A stretch of 64,000 nt of DNA, taken from NCBI GenBank assembly GCA_977017575.1, contig CDRNVI010000044.1, positions 868,001 through 932,000 of the forward strand, given 5' to 3'. The notes beneath the pieces are model-generated. The model was given only the letters and a program-made list of their open reading frames with translations, ran no database searches and was not told the origin of the DNA. Positions 49,878 through 61,357 of the stretch are shown piece after piece; within the stretch, counting starts at the first letter, position 1, and each line of letters begins with the position of its first letter. The position numbers and the translations under genes are program-made. This stretch comes from Paramoeba atlantica (Eukaryota > Protista > Discosea).

Positions 49878-50660
49878 TCAATTTCCCCACGCCGCCTTGT
49901 CCCAGTAGCGATACCGACCACGTCGATAGATCAGGTAGGACGTGTGTTTCTGCGACTGGTGCATCAGTAGCATGGCGGTGAGCAAAACGGTGGAGCAAAT
50001 CCTCCAAAAGCTTACTCGGCGCTCATCGTACTCCGGCTCTGCGGTCCAACGCAAAAAGTTGCACACATCTTTGGCCATTTGACTCACCGTCGCGGGGGTG
50101 CCGTCCTCGTACTCCAACATTCCATCCGACAGCGGTGGGGGCATCGCTATTACGCACCCTTTCATGTAGGGGTTGAAGAACTGGCCTTGTTTGAGTGGAG
50201 GCAGGAAGCTGGGGAGCGGAAACAAACCCTGGCCCCAACTGTAGCCCGTGAGTAGGGAGAAAATGTAGTCCACCCCGTCCTCACACCAGAACGCGGCATA
50301 GCGCAGGTCCGGGGGCTCGGCGCCGCTGTTGGCGAACTGTGCCGCCCGGGAGTTCGGATAGGGCTTGGGGAGGTCGTCTGTGGGCTTACCACTACGCACA
50401 TCATCGCTGCCATCCGGGCTCGGGTTTTCATCCACGATATCATACTGACTCGCGAGTTTTTTAATCTCCTCTTTCGTCATGAAAGCCTGGAAGTGGTTAA
50501 AGGTGTAGTCAAAGATGGGGTGACAAGGAGCGAAGACCTCGGAGTAGACTTGGCGACCACGGCGAATGCTGGGCCAGTCATAGCCTTTCCACCACCCTAG
50601 TGGGTCGTTCTCTTTCCAGTACCACGGGCGAGCGATGGGATGTGCGCGTTTTCCTCCCAT
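49878..50660 (-). CDS. CYC1: Cytochrome c1 with euglenozoan single-cysteine heme site
   Basis: SIRRGRQVYSEVFAPCH, PYPNSRAAQFANSGAEPPDL, IAMPPPL and FLRWTAEPEYDERR motifs; C-terminal TM helix. Confidence 0.97.
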   Translation of the reverse strand: MGGKRAHPIARPWYWKENDPLGWWKGYDWPSIRRGRQVYSEVFAPCHPIFDYTFNHFQAFMTKEEIKKLASQYDIVDENPSPDGSDDVRSGKPTDDLPKPYPNSRAAQFANSGAEPPDLRYAAFWCEDGVDYIFSLLTGYSWGQGLFPLPSFLPPLKQGQFFNPYMKGCVIAMPPPLSDGMLEYEDGTPATVSQMAKDVCNFLRWTAEPEYDERRVSFWRICSTVLLTAMLLMHQSQKHTSYLIYRRGRYRYWDKAAWGN

Positions 50661-51082
50661 GTGGTAAAGGATTCAAGAAGAAAAAAAAGAAGATACAGGT
50701 ATTATTTTTACTATTGTGATAGTCTAGAATCGTTTCCATCAATCCGGTTATGTTGTTTATTTCGAATGCAACTCTTTTTTTTATAAAAAATAGTGAATAT
50801 TGTGCTGCTCAAAAGAATAATGAATACACACTGTACCGCAAAGCATGCTATGACGCGTTTCATAGATCACACCTTCAATACATACATGTACGTGTACATA
50901 CATGTACACTTAATATGGCAGTGTGAAATACGGTGAAAACAAATCGGCTCTACAAAATGTGCTTGGATTAGTGCTGACTAGGCCCAACTGTTCATTCCGG
51001 GCACTGATACAACCGCTATAATCATGGTATTCAAATAAATGTACAGGAGTTTCTCCAATTAACTTGGGGAATCTTGACTGTT

Positions 51083-54010
51083 TTAGTCAGCGTGGAATTT
51101 TGTTTGCGCTTCGACTCCGGAACGGCGCAAATTATTTAAAGCATTTTTATACAAGAGCATACTAGTACCACTCAAGTGACCTAATGCCTTTACCTTTGTG
51201 TTTCCACGTTCGATAATACGCATTAAGGTACTCATCGTATGCGCGTCACGAACCTTTAGTACAGTGAGACAATATAAAAATAAGCTCGCTGTTGCGTGAT
51301 CAAGTTCTTTTTTGTGAATATGGACAGCACGGCAAAGCCTAGAAACGAATAACGGTACAGCGCTCAAAGGGTAACGCACATAGGAGATCAAGATAGTGCA
51401 TATTTCGGAAATGGAAATGCTTTCCATAGCCTCTGTTACTGTAGGAACCAGTGCGGTCAAGCATTCCGTAATGGTCGATTCAATGTCTTCCGGAAAATTC
51501 GACGCTGTAGTGATGCCCTCGGATGCGATCACTGATGGAACGGGCGCCCCACTTATCATATAGATACATTGTACCACATCAGAGAAAAATGCCCTGGCAC
51601 TTCCTTTTTCATTAAAGCGAGAAATATCTAACGGTTTCCTTTGCGACGGTGTCTGTCCTATTGCTTTCTTACCTGACTTTATTGAAATGTCTAACTCGGC
51701 AAGACGGAACATCTTGGTCGCTAACTTCAGTGCATCGCGTGTTTGATTAACAAGACTTGACCCTATCGCGAATTCATGGTGCCTTCGACATCTTGATACC
51801 AAAAGCGCGGTTTTACAAAGTTCTGCATGAGGGGATAGCGTTGCGGATAGTAGCCGCGAGGAAACAATTTCAAACATATTCACTTGGCGGGAAGTTGGCA
51901 GTCTCTGAAATAGGCGAAAGAAAGCTATTACCCACTTACTGCAGTTCTCTTCTGGTGCGTCTAAGAAAGCTTTCATCACGTTCTTTAGTTTCGCATTAGA
52001 ATCTGCTACAGATACAAGGGCGTCAACAGAACACAAATTCTGGTGTACGCAAACCTCTAAAACCAATGGAAGGTTGTTCAAATCTTGGAGAGCAGTTCCA
52101 GCTAAATGATTCACAACACTTAGCGTACGATTGCCAAACTCTTCAAGCATGAACAAGATATTTACTGCATGCTGAGACGAAAGAGGTAATTCCATAAGGC
52201 GATGGTATAGCTTCGTCTGCAAGGCATCGTACTTAAGTCGACTTTCGTGTAAATTGCGCAAGACCTGGATAAGCTGTTCTTCGTCAAGATTTGACGCTTC
52301 TCGTGCAAGATAGTTTGCAAGGTGCAAGATAGCGTCAATGTGAACCCGATGCCTGTTTTTGGTTAAGTACTGAAAAAGACAAAGCACACAAGGAGGAAAG
52401 ACTGCACTTGAAGGCGCTTCTACTATATTCTTAGTGTAGTTTGCTATATCTTCGGGTAGAAATACGTAACCCAATCGGATTGCGGAGGCGAGCGATCTTA
52501 CAACATCATCAACTGAGAGTTTCTGCAAATACGAAAAAACTGCAGCAATATATTTCTCCAATATTTCGTCCAGTGAAGAAGAATTGAGCTTGTTATTTCG
52601 AGCGTAATGAGTCATATGTTTTTCAAGAGCCTCTAGCACCGAGGCCCTATATTCTGGTGGCATGTCGGCAACATTCTCAACACAAAATATTTTCAAGGCT
52701 TCACAGGCGCTCGTCCATCCTTCTAGTATTAAACCATCTGACAATAAGGAATACAGTGCAACTATATCACTCCAATTTTCACAAGTAATTTTCTTCAATG
52801 ATATGGATCTCAAACGATGATCTATTTCATTCTGCAGCTCGACACCTTTATTTTCGGGAGTAAATACATTCGGAGGTAATGTGACAGTCATTCTAATAGT
52901 TAGCAAGGAAACTCTCAAAAGCTCAGAAAAGGTGGATTTCCTTAGCTTTGCAGTTTTCAGTTCCTGATGCGCTTTCTTTAACATCGTTGCGATTAACTCT
53001 GTCAGTGATACATCATCGTTGTAGCAAAGAAAAGTAGCTGCGCTCAGCATGTGCATTACGTCCTCTACTCGCATAGCCCGATTGGACTGAATCATCTTCT
53101 GCAAGTGGGGTACTAAATATTCGTCGCGTAGAAAAGGGTGAGCACAAATTGGGGGTGATCTTTCGTTGTAAAATGGGGGAAGCGAACACGGAGTAAAACT
53201 TTGAGGACTATCCTTGGATTCCGTTAGGAGATGGGCAATGAACGACACGTGATGCCACTTCGAGTGCTCAATGTAACTTCGTGCAATTCCCTGAGCTGCG
53301 CCAACTCCAGCCTCATGCACACGACGTAGGGTTAGAATACATTTTAAGAGCACACTAAATCGGAGACAGAAGTCGCCCAGTTCATCTTGCCATTGGAAGG
53401 CAAAGACCCGAGGAAGAAGACTGTCTATAGCAACACGTATATTGTTCTGTCCCTCTGAAGTGACTATTGTATCCGGAGATCGCATGGAACACGAAACGAA
53501 TTCAACAAGAATGAATCCATCCAATGCGTTATCACAACTGTCTAACTGTTCTAGAACCCAATCCGCTCCCAAGAAACGAAAAAGTTGCGAGTTTAAGCCT
53601 TCTGCTTCGATAAGAGATGTCTCGTTAACATGCTGAAGAATTCGATAAATGTCCGCCTTTGTCGAGCGTTTCAAGTGGGCACAGAGCCATTCAACAAGAA
53701 GGATATCGAATTCCCCGCATAAAAGAGTGGAGCTACATGCGTTGTATGACAAAAGCAATTCCCGAATTTCATCTGTGGACAAGTTCATATCGAATGGCAT
53801 AGATACGCTGGAAAACGCTGCTGCACATTTTTGTAATGTTGGACGGGTTGGCAGATGTTTAGCTTCAAGTGAGATCATCTGAGCACGGTATGAAATCAGA
53901 TCGGGAAGGATTTCTTTTAAAGGGGTCCCGAGTGCGATTGTCTGAGTCTGCATAAGTCCTGTGGAACTTCCAACGGAAGAGCTCCGCAAGCATGTTCTGA
54001 GTCTAAACAT
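51083..54010 (-). CDS. Hypothetical 975-aa helical protein, probably mitochondrial
   Basis: Long ORF on the sense strand; N-terminus MFRLRTCLRSSS resembles a presequence; Leu-rich helical composition. Confidence 0.7.
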   Translation of the reverse strand: MFRLRTCLRSSSVGSSTGLMQTQTIALGTPLKEILPDLISYRAQMISLEAKHLPTRPTLQKCAAAFSSVSMPFDMNLSTDEIRELLLSYNACSSTLLCGEFDILLVEWLCAHLKRSTKADIYRILQHVNETSLIEAEGLNSQLFRFLGADWVLEQLDSCDNALDGFILVEFVSCSMRSPDTIVTSEGQNNIRVAIDSLLPRVFAFQWQDELGDFCLRFSVLLKCILTLRRVHEAGVGAAQGIARSYIEHSKWHHVSFIAHLLTESKDSPQSFTPCSLPPFYNERSPPICAHPFLRDEYLVPHLQKMIQSNRAMRVEDVMHMLSAATFLCYNDDVSLTELIATMLKKAHQELKTAKLRKSTFSELLRVSLLTIRMTVTLPPNVFTPENKGVELQNEIDHRLRSISLKKITCENWSDIVALYSLLSDGLILEGWTSACEALKIFCVENVADMPPEYRASVLEALEKHMTHYARNNKLNSSSLDEILEKYIAAVFSYLQKLSVDDVVRSLASAIRLGYVFLPEDIANYTKNIVEAPSSAVFPPCVLCLFQYLTKNRHRVHIDAILHLANYLAREASNLDEEQLIQVLRNLHESRLKYDALQTKLYHRLMELPLSSQHAVNILFMLEEFGNRTLSVVNHLAGTALQDLNNLPLVLEVCVHQNLCSVDALVSVADSNAKLKNVMKAFLDAPEENCSKWVIAFFRLFQRLPTSRQVNMFEIVSSRLLSATLSPHAELCKTALLVSRCRRHHEFAIGSSLVNQTRDALKLATKMFRLAELDISIKSGKKAIGQTPSQRKPLDISRFNEKGSARAFFSDVVQCIYMISGAPVPSVIASEGITTASNFPEDIESTITECLTALVPTVTEAMESISISEICTILISYVRYPLSAVPLFVSRLCRAVHIHKKELDHATASLFLYCLTVLKVRDAHTMSTLMRIIERGNTKVKALGHLSGTSMLLYKNALNNLRRSGVEAQTKFHAD

Positions 54011-54602
54011 GAAAATAGCAGTAACAACTGGCCTTAAATATTTTTAGCATAGAGATTACAAGGGTAGAGCTCCAAACATTGCAATATTAGATGCTCTTCT
54101 TCTAGAACTATAAATATATCTTTTTTAATAGAAACGAATTGCTACACAAGTTCTAGCACGACATCAATACCGAATGAGCAGAACTCTTGTCACAGGCATC
54201 TTTGAACGTCTGTGATTATAGAAGGTATAAGCGAACCGAAGAAAAAAAATCATTGACCCATTCACGCAATTCTGAAGTCAAAAGCACAACGGAGACACTC
54301 CACGTCTAAGACCTAACAGAAGTGTTTTCTATTACATAAGACTACGATAGTGTTATAGTGAACTAGAGTCACTATAACGATAGTATTACTGCTCAATATT
54401 TCCCTAGTTCTGAAATTAAAGATATTTCGATGTAGGTTAAAGCCGTGTATATGGGAGACAATTTCGTTTCATACGATAAGCACATTGAAGCCCACCCGCA
54501 CAACCACTCCGAGAGGACTGCATTATTATACTCAACAGAGACTACAATAAATAACACTCACACATAACTGGAAACCTCCTACACGCAACATTTTTTTTAC
54601 GA

Positions 54603-56531
54603 TTACGTGAAACGAGTTTCCTTCAGGTAGCGAATAAAACAGCGGCGAAAGTCAAGCTTAGTATCTTTCACCAGCCTGATATCTGAGCTTTGTTCAGGTG
54701 ACATAATACGGAGGTTGCGCTCCTTTCCAGTCAGAAGAAATTTGTTGGTAGCCAAAGCATACATTTTATCAAGGACTACATCTTCACCATTCAGTTTACA
54801 ATTCATTGCAGGGTCCTCGTTGTTCGGATGCGCTCGCAAAGCATCTACGTTGGTGCATGAACGACTAAACATTTCACCGAGCTGCATGAAACCTCCAAGA
54901 AGAATATTCTCTGTAAAAGAGACTTTGAAAATTTCCAACAGTCTTTCACCGCTAATATCAATGATAGCCATCACGTTCAAATACGGCAAAATTCGAAGCA
55001 CGTCGTACACCGTCACCTCACCAGGACCTACAATATCATCCACGCGAATCATGCCCACATTATAAAAAGCACCTGAAAAATTAGATAGCTTCATGTCCTG
55101 AGCACAGTACGCAATGCTCTTCGCAACTAGATCAGACAAACCTGTTGGCGCGCGCCGCATGACTATATTTCGTCCGTCCCAGACACTCCCACGTGGGATT
55201 TCAGTGACCACCTCTTCCAAATTGAAATTCTCAGAGGCGAAGGAACGAGAAGCAATCGCCCACCAGTGCGCAATCAGGTGATCGGCCTGCGGGTCGCATG
55301 GCATATCCTTTGTGACAGAAATCAGCTCACTACGCACCGTGTACGGGTTAACTGGGACAGGAACCGTATGATCTCGATCCGGGTTGCGAAACACCTCGTG
55401 CACAAAGAATGTTCGAATGTTGGAATCCGCCTTGGCAACGGTTACGTGCTCGTTTGAGACCCGAAACAGCATATTTTCGTGGTTATGCCCTCCGAGCACT
55501 AGATCTACCCCGAGCTGCTCCTGTACCATCCGAATATCACGCGGCATATCATCGTGAGAGATCAGCACGACGAATTCCACATCTTTATGTTTGCGCAAAT
55601 ACCGAGCGGTTTTTTGAACCGTTTTTAAGGTCTCGGTGTAGGTCTCAATCTCAACGTAGTGGGGATTGATGCTGTCTACACAAGTGCCGATAAATCCCAT
55701 TCGTATTCCCCCAACAGTGCGGAGCAGATAGCGGTGAACCGTTCCTGGCGGAAAAGCCCGTGACTTGATATTTGTGGACACCCAGGGATAGCGTGACTCA
55801 CGAAGTCTCTGAGTGAATTCCTTCTCTTTGAGATCAAACTCGTGGTTGCCAAAGCCAGCCATGTCGAAAAGCAAATTGGTCACGTTCACCATTTGAATTC
55901 CGTTCAAACGTTCCCGACTCGTTGGGTCGATGAATGCAGCGGACAATGCGGATGGACTAAACAGGTCTCCAGAAAAGATTGAAATTGTGTTGTTCGGGTT
56001 TGATTTCTCATAGCGTTTCCGTTGTGCCACGGCACGAGACAACCCTCCCCGGTCATTAAACTGGATCAACTCATAAATATCGTTAAACTGAAGAATTGTG
56101 GCCCTTTTCGTGGGAAGCGGAAGCAGACTAAGGTCCTTGGGCTCCAAGGTCTGTCTCGGGTCGGTTTTGCGATACACCCCTAGCAGCACGGTAACCGTCA
56201 GCGCCCATAAAAACAACCCAGAGAGCCAGAAAGGCATTAGCCCATGAAACAACGATCGAAGCTTCTTCCCTCTCTGACCTCTTCCGTATCCAGAAGACGG
56301 GGGCATGCTGTCGTATTCCCTGGGTACGGGCGCGGCTCTGCTTCCCATGGATCGTGGCATAAGAGCCATCGGACTGCCATAGTCACTGGCCCGACCGAAG
56401 CCCGTACTCCCGGAGGGCGGGTAGGTTGGTGACACCGTAGCATCTTTGTTGTACTGTAACGGGGTCAAGTGATGATGTCGTGCGGGTTGTGTATCTTCCT
56501 TACTTTCCGACGCGTTTTCCGATTTTGACAT
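54603..56531 (-). CDS. 5'-nucleotidase/apyrase family metallophosphoesterase with N-terminal TM anchor
   Basis: QFNDIYE, SGDLFSPS, GNHEFD and GGHNH motifs; C-terminal NVGMIR domain; TM segment FWLSGLFLWALTVTVLLGVY; ATG at 56531. Confidence 0.9.
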   Translation of the reverse strand: MSKSENASESKEDTQPARHHHLTPLQYNKDATVSPTYPPSGSTGFGRASDYGSPMALMPRSMGSRAAPVPREYDSMPPSSGYGRGQRGKKLRSLFHGLMPFWLSGLFLWALTVTVLLGVYRKTDPRQTLEPKDLSLLPLPTKRATILQFNDIYELIQFNDRGGLSRAVAQRKRYEKSNPNNTISIFSGDLFSPSALSAAFIDPTSRERLNGIQMVNVTNLLFDMAGFGNHEFDLKEKEFTQRLRESRYPWVSTNIKSRAFPPGTVHRYLLRTVGGIRMGFIGTCVDSINPHYVEIETYTETLKTVQKTARYLRKHKDVEFVVLISHDDMPRDIRMVQEQLGVDLVLGGHNHENMLFRVSNEHVTVAKADSNIRTFFVHEVFRNPDRDHTVPVPVNPYTVRSELISVTKDMPCDPQADHLIAHWWAIASRSFASENFNLEEVVTEIPRGSVWDGRNIVMRRAPTGLSDLVAKSIAYCAQDMKLSNFSGAFYNVGMIRVDDIVGPGEVTVYDVLRILPYLNVMAIIDISGERLLEIFKVSFTENILLGGFMQLGEMFSRSCTNVDALRAHPNNEDPAMNCKLNGEDVVLDKMYALATNKFLLTGKERNLRIMSPEQSSDIRLVKDTKLDFRRCFIRYLKETRFT

Positions 56532-56885
56532 CCTTAGTAACGGAAATTCATGGCTAAAATAGAGTTCTAGTTCCACATAAGAATAGGGTACTTGTAAACT
56601 ACAGAGCTATGGTACATGGAACTAAGCCACATGAAGAAAGTCCATGTCTAATATGTTGACATTGTTCAGAAATAAATTTAATATGATACAATTCGTATCA
56701 TACGAAGGCTTATTCAGGTAAAGCAGGGATCGTTATTCAATTTATGGTTTAAATTGGTTCAGTTTTTTTATATCTTCAGTAGCTACTCAATTTTTTAATC
56801 TATTCGTTGTCAAAACAAACCGGTTTATGTACAATTTTAATTCAATTCATTGGTCTTCCTGTGGAATCCCTAAAGAAAAACTAAT

Positions 56886-57971
56886 CTAATGAACAAAGCC
56901 ATCGTTTCTTTCGTTTTCACATGAAATTCCGTACAAGGGTGTGTTTCTTATGTGCATGTGTTCCGTGGGGTTTATAATTTGTGATTGCTCTGTATTTCGT
57001 GGCATTGCAAAGTGATGCGGTCCGAAATTCGGAGGTGGGGGTGGGAACGACGCCGAGACACGCGAGATCAAGTCATCCACGCGGTCCATGCTTTCTTTGC
57101 CCCGTGGGGTCCTAAGAAGAAGACGGCGGAACAAGAATGTGTCTTCGGACGCCACAGCGTGGGATAAAACATATACAGCGTAGTCTTGAGACACGGCACG
57201 ACCCTGGAGTAAAGTAGGATACCGAGAAGCAAGAAAATCCGCGAACGTAAGGAGCGGGTTCGTTTTTTGCATTGTTTCGTACTCTTCCCTAACGAGTTTC
57301 ACCTTTGATGCCGGATGGCACAAAGAGAGCAGAAGCCAGCGGGCGCATACATCGGGCGGTGCCATCCAGAGCGGCAAGTTGTATGCGTGAGTATCTTTTG
57401 CGGACTGGAAAATGTCGTACAGGAGGACAACCAGCATACCCCAAAAAAATGCCTGAAATAGATATGCAGATAAAGGAGCTCTGGGCGGCATGTCATTTGG
57501 AGCAGTTTGATCTGAAGTAGATTCTCTAGTCGGTCGCGTAGAGTCCGTAGTTTTTATAGCGGTCTCACTCCCATTTTCTGTACCGGGTTTGGTCTCGTGC
57601 TTATGGGAAATAGAGTTTCCTCCTTTAACTGTACTCTTTCTGGACGTTATGGGATTCCATCCCATTGCAGTTACTACTTGTTCACGTAATTTGTTTTCCC
57701 GTTCCAGTTCTTCACGTGAGACGGGTCCGCACTTCACGTTCGTGTGTGAATAAAGTCTTCGCAGCTCATGATACATTATAGCATGACCAAGTACTCCGCG
57801 TTCGACCCTGTAGGAAGTCAGTGATGTGGCACGAGATTGCAGCTGGACATGAAAAGTCTCAAGGTCACGCATGGGATGCAAAAAAGAGCATTTGAACAAG
57901 ACTACACCTCGGTGGTGCGCCCTCCCCGCATACAAATGCTGGAGTCGGCAAAAACCTAAATAAACGTTCAT
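56886..57971 (-). CDS. Hypothetical single-TM protein
   Basis: 361-aa sense-strand ORF with TM segment AYLFQAFFWGMLVVLLYDIF; the start codon is uncertain. Confidence 0.65.
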   Translation of the reverse strand: MNVYLGFCRLQHLYAGRAHHRGVVLFKCSFLHPMRDLETFHVQLQSRATSLTSYRVERGVLGHAIMYHELRRLYSHTNVKCGPVSREELERENKLREQVVTAMGWNPITSRKSTVKGGNSISHKHETKPGTENGSETAIKTTDSTRPTRESTSDQTAPNDMPPRAPLSAYLFQAFFWGMLVVLLYDIFQSAKDTHAYNLPLWMAPPDVCARWLLLSLCHPASKVKLVREEYETMQKTNPLLTFADFLASRYPTLLQGRAVSQDYAVYVLSHAVASEDTFLFRRLLLRTPRGKESMDRVDDLISRVSASFPPPPPNFGPHHFAMPRNTEQSQIINPTEHMHIRNTPLYGISCENERNDGFVH

Positions 57972-58651
57972 GTGTAAGGGTGTCTAAATTCTCTCGAAAT
58001 AAAGTTCTTAGTATTAATTATACTAAGATTCTCCTAATAATTGCTCTTAGTAATTATTTACTAAGATTCCCAAATAGTTATAGGAATAAGGCATGTATCT
58101 ACCGTATGTTTAAATTAAATTCATTTTATACGTCAAGTAGTAATGAAGTATGTACTGCAAGCAAGTATCTTCGTAAAACAAATGTCATTAGTGCATTTTT
58201 ACTTCGCCTATTTTCATGTAAAGGTCGTTCAAATCCTTATTTCGTGGACTGGGTCCGTAACGTATAGTAGGTGAGTATAGTAATATCATGCATGCATAAA
58301 ACGATCTTGCTGAAGTACAAAGCCATGCGGGGACCATCCTCTTGATTTGTTCATCCTATTGAACGTTGCATTGAAATGCCGAAACTCACACCTGCTCCGA
58401 TCTTCCACATAAAAGAAGGTCGCACCCTCACGTATTTTCAAAGATTTTTACATGGTACACCAAGCGCCAGAGCGCCTCGACACGTTGGAAACCTAATCTT
58501 GTGTATATGTACATGTAAATACAAGTACGTATTTCTCTGGTGCTTACTAGGCAAGCAGTAGACAAGAACGAGTGAGGCCTTAGTTGCTTATTAGACAAGG
58601 ACTAGACATCCTTACTGACGAGCCCCTTGCCACCATGTTCCATGGCCACTA

Positions 58652-61357
58652 CTATGATCTTCGGAGATGCGGTGGCACGTATTTCTTTTCACTCTGATTT
58701 TTTTCCTCCAAATTAGACGGATCATTTAATGGATGCAAAGTTGTACCCCTTTGAGAAGATGCCCGTATCGTTTCTTCTTCGTTTGATTCACTCTCTTTTT
58801 GCTCTTCTTCAGAACCTTGTTCTTGCATCGGTGTATTGCTTTGTACATTCAACTCTGAATTCGTCGGCGTTGCATTGCTGTTTGCCTTCTCCGGCACAAC
58901 GGCTTGCTTATCGGGGGGAGTGGGAAGATTCACAGCGCCGGGGCGTGCGGTGTGATGAAAACGTGAGTTCCTATTGTATCGGTACCCTCTGGAGTAGTTC
59001 GGGTATCGATGGGTGGCGTATCCGTGATCCAACACGTTAAAGGGTTGATTTTCGAACATGGGGCCGGGAACCGAGGGGGGAAATGGTACTGATTGTCCCG
59101 AGGGGTAGGGGAAGGGTGTTCCATAATACACGGGGTTTGGGGTCATGTTGTGAAGAACCGGGTTGTGTGGGTCTCTGACATGTGCAGGGGGAAGCGGGTA
59201 GTTCGTGGCCCACGCAGGTCCATGGGGGTAAGTTTCATCTTGAGTTCCATAATAAATGAATGGGGGAACTCCTGGGGTCACGGGTGGTTTGAACTCACCA
59301 GCGGGATGCCGTGGCGTCCAAGCGAAGCTGTTCAAATTGACTGCAGGCATGGTCCCCGAATAGGAATTAAGAAAATTCTCCACAGGCAGAGCACGAGGAG
59401 GGTGAAGGTGCTTTGATTGGATGTTCCAAGGAGGTTCAAACATGGGCTGTGGAGGGGAATGAAGCCAGGTAGATGTGTCGCGCAAATTGGGCATAAAACT
59501 ATGAGAATGTGCCGACAGAGGAGCCTGCATGGCGTGACTACTGTCTGTATTGATATTCTTGTTTGTGGTTCGTGTAACAGGCGTTCTTGCCGCAATTCCC
59601 AATCTTGGCGCTTCACTGTTAGATACATCATGATCTCGAATGTTATAACCTATGCGCACGTCAGAAGGTGAATCAAGTGCGGGCGGATATCTCTGCGAGT
59701 TTTCACTTCCGAGATAGTTATTACCCTCCTCACAAATTATCGAGTTTTTGTCCAAAGGAGATGGTCCAATCATCGGTGGGGATGGACATAATATAGATGC
59801 GGGCACCTCTAAATCATCATTTGCTTCTGTACTTTTCGATCGGCTGTTTCGCACTCCTCGAATATCACAGGAATGAACCGATGCTTCGCGTAAACTCAGC
59901 AATTTCTGGCTGAAAATACAAGCATAAGCTGTGCACTTGAAAAACTTTAAAATGGGGCTTGAACAAATCTTCTGGGGCGTGCCGTTCGATACGCAGGGTG
60001 CAATGTTTCTATTATAAATATCGGTCCTTTCTTCATATACAGTGTCTCGCTGGACGACAGGATTAAGCTGAACTGTAGCAACTTTTGAAAGTAATGATAT
60101 TTTCTCGTCGGTATGCACTACATATTCCTGAAGAATTAGATCCAATACATGGGCCGCTCTTGATATCGCTTCCTGAATCCGGAGTGCGTGGCTCTTGTGG
60201 ATGCCTCTTGCGAGATTACTTTCGGGTCGTAGAGGATCGGCAATATTTATCGGTCTTGAGTCAACTATTTCGAAGGAATAGTCAGGATTCGTACCGTCCG
60301 GGGCGACGTCTCTTTCGGCAACGTACGCTTCTAGAGGCGGCGCTGTTCCCGTGATACTTGGTAATTTTTCTGTGGTACTTGAATCTTCTTTGGAATTCTC
60401 TGGCAGCGAGTCCAACTCACGTGATGGAGAATTCGCTTCGTACGAGCACTGATGTGATGACGAATTTATTGATGCCGGCTGAGTAGACGACAGCAACGGT
60501 ATATTTTCGTCCAAGAAAGATGCGTAATGGCTCATAAAACTTAGAACATCGTTTCGACTTATGATCTTTTTTTGAAATGCAGTTCCTAGGGTCTCTTGTT
60601 TTTCCGCCGAGGATTCTGCTGATTTTGAAATGCTACCGTACACTGTAACAATATGCGTAAGCAGCGAAAACTCCCTGAAGAAGGCAAAAAAATGAGATAG
60701 CAACTCCAGAGGTGTAAGCGTACGCAAGGGCACATGTTGAGATAAGGAGTTCAGAACGCAAAAAAGCATAACTGTTATGGCGTACGTGCCCAATAATCCG
60801 CCATTTGCCCCCAAAACTCTTGTCTCGTGATACGCCCAAGCTTTGATCAAAAGAATGCTGTGTTTGACTAAATTCGAAGGAAAAAGATCAATTTCTGTAA
60901 CGTGATGCACCAACCTCGCGGTGACAATGCCGAAAACTTGATTAAAGGTGACGTCAATACAGATTTCGTTAATGTAACACTTCAGCAGTTTGACCTCAGC
61001 CTGGACGAATTCTACGGGTATCTGGGCTTCCTCAAGTGTACTGTACAAACTATGCATCAGTGCAACTACGTTCCTTGAAGGAGAACGAACTGTAATATCT
61101 ACGTCGCCGTCGGGAAGATACGTACCATGATAAAATGATCCGAACAAGTGCACGCTCACTTTCGATTTCTCAATACCAAGACGAACCGCACAGCGCTCAA
61201 TACAATTTTCGATGAAGCTTAGAGCGGTCTTTCGCTTTTCTGTAGATGGAGCAGTGGGCTGCAAAAAGTTTTCAACAAAGCACGTGAGCTCATCGGAGGC
61301 CTCACCCCGAAATAAGGTGAAAAACGTTTGGCGGTCGCATAAAAGTTTGTTCCACAT
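58652..61357 (-). CDS. Non-canonical poly(A) polymerase / Trf4-like nucleotidyltransferase with Pro-rich tail
   Basis: FGSFYHGTYLPDGDVDIT (GS...DxD), AEVKLLK, VDVTF-like ICIDVTFN, LIKAWAYHE and INIADPLRPESNLARGI motifs. Confidence 0.88.
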   Translation of the reverse strand: MWNKLLCDRQTFFTLFRGEASDELTCFVENFLQPTAPSTEKRKTALSFIENCIERCAVRLGIEKSKVSVHLFGSFYHGTYLPDGDVDITVRSPSRNVVALMHSLYSTLEEAQIPVEFVQAEVKLLKCYINEICIDVTFNQVFGIVTARLVHHVTEIDLFPSNLVKHSILLIKAWAYHETRVLGANGGLLGTYAITVMLFCVLNSLSQHVPLRTLTPLELLSHFFAFFREFSLLTHIVTVYGSISKSAESSAEKQETLGTAFQKKIISRNDVLSFMSHYASFLDENIPLLSSTQPASINSSSHQCSYEANSPSRELDSLPENSKEDSSTTEKLPSITGTAPPLEAYVAERDVAPDGTNPDYSFEIVDSRPINIADPLRPESNLARGIHKSHALRIQEAISRAAHVLDLILQEYVVHTDEKISLLSKVATVQLNPVVQRDTVYEERTDIYNRNIAPCVSNGTPQKICSSPILKFFKCTAYACIFSQKLLSLREASVHSCDIRGVRNSRSKSTEANDDLEVPASILCPSPPMIGPSPLDKNSIICEEGNNYLGSENSQRYPPALDSPSDVRIGYNIRDHDVSNSEAPRLGIAARTPVTRTTNKNINTDSSHAMQAPLSAHSHSFMPNLRDTSTWLHSPPQPMFEPPWNIQSKHLHPPRALPVENFLNSYSGTMPAVNLNSFAWTPRHPAGEFKPPVTPGVPPFIYYGTQDETYPHGPAWATNYPLPPAHVRDPHNPVLHNMTPNPVYYGTPFPYPSGQSVPFPPSVPGPMFENQPFNVLDHGYATHRYPNYSRGYRYNRNSRFHHTARPGAVNLPTPPDKQAVVPEKANSNATPTNSELNVQSNTPMQEQGSEEEQKESESNEEETIRASSQRGTTLHPLNDPSNLEEKNQSEKKYVPPHLRRS

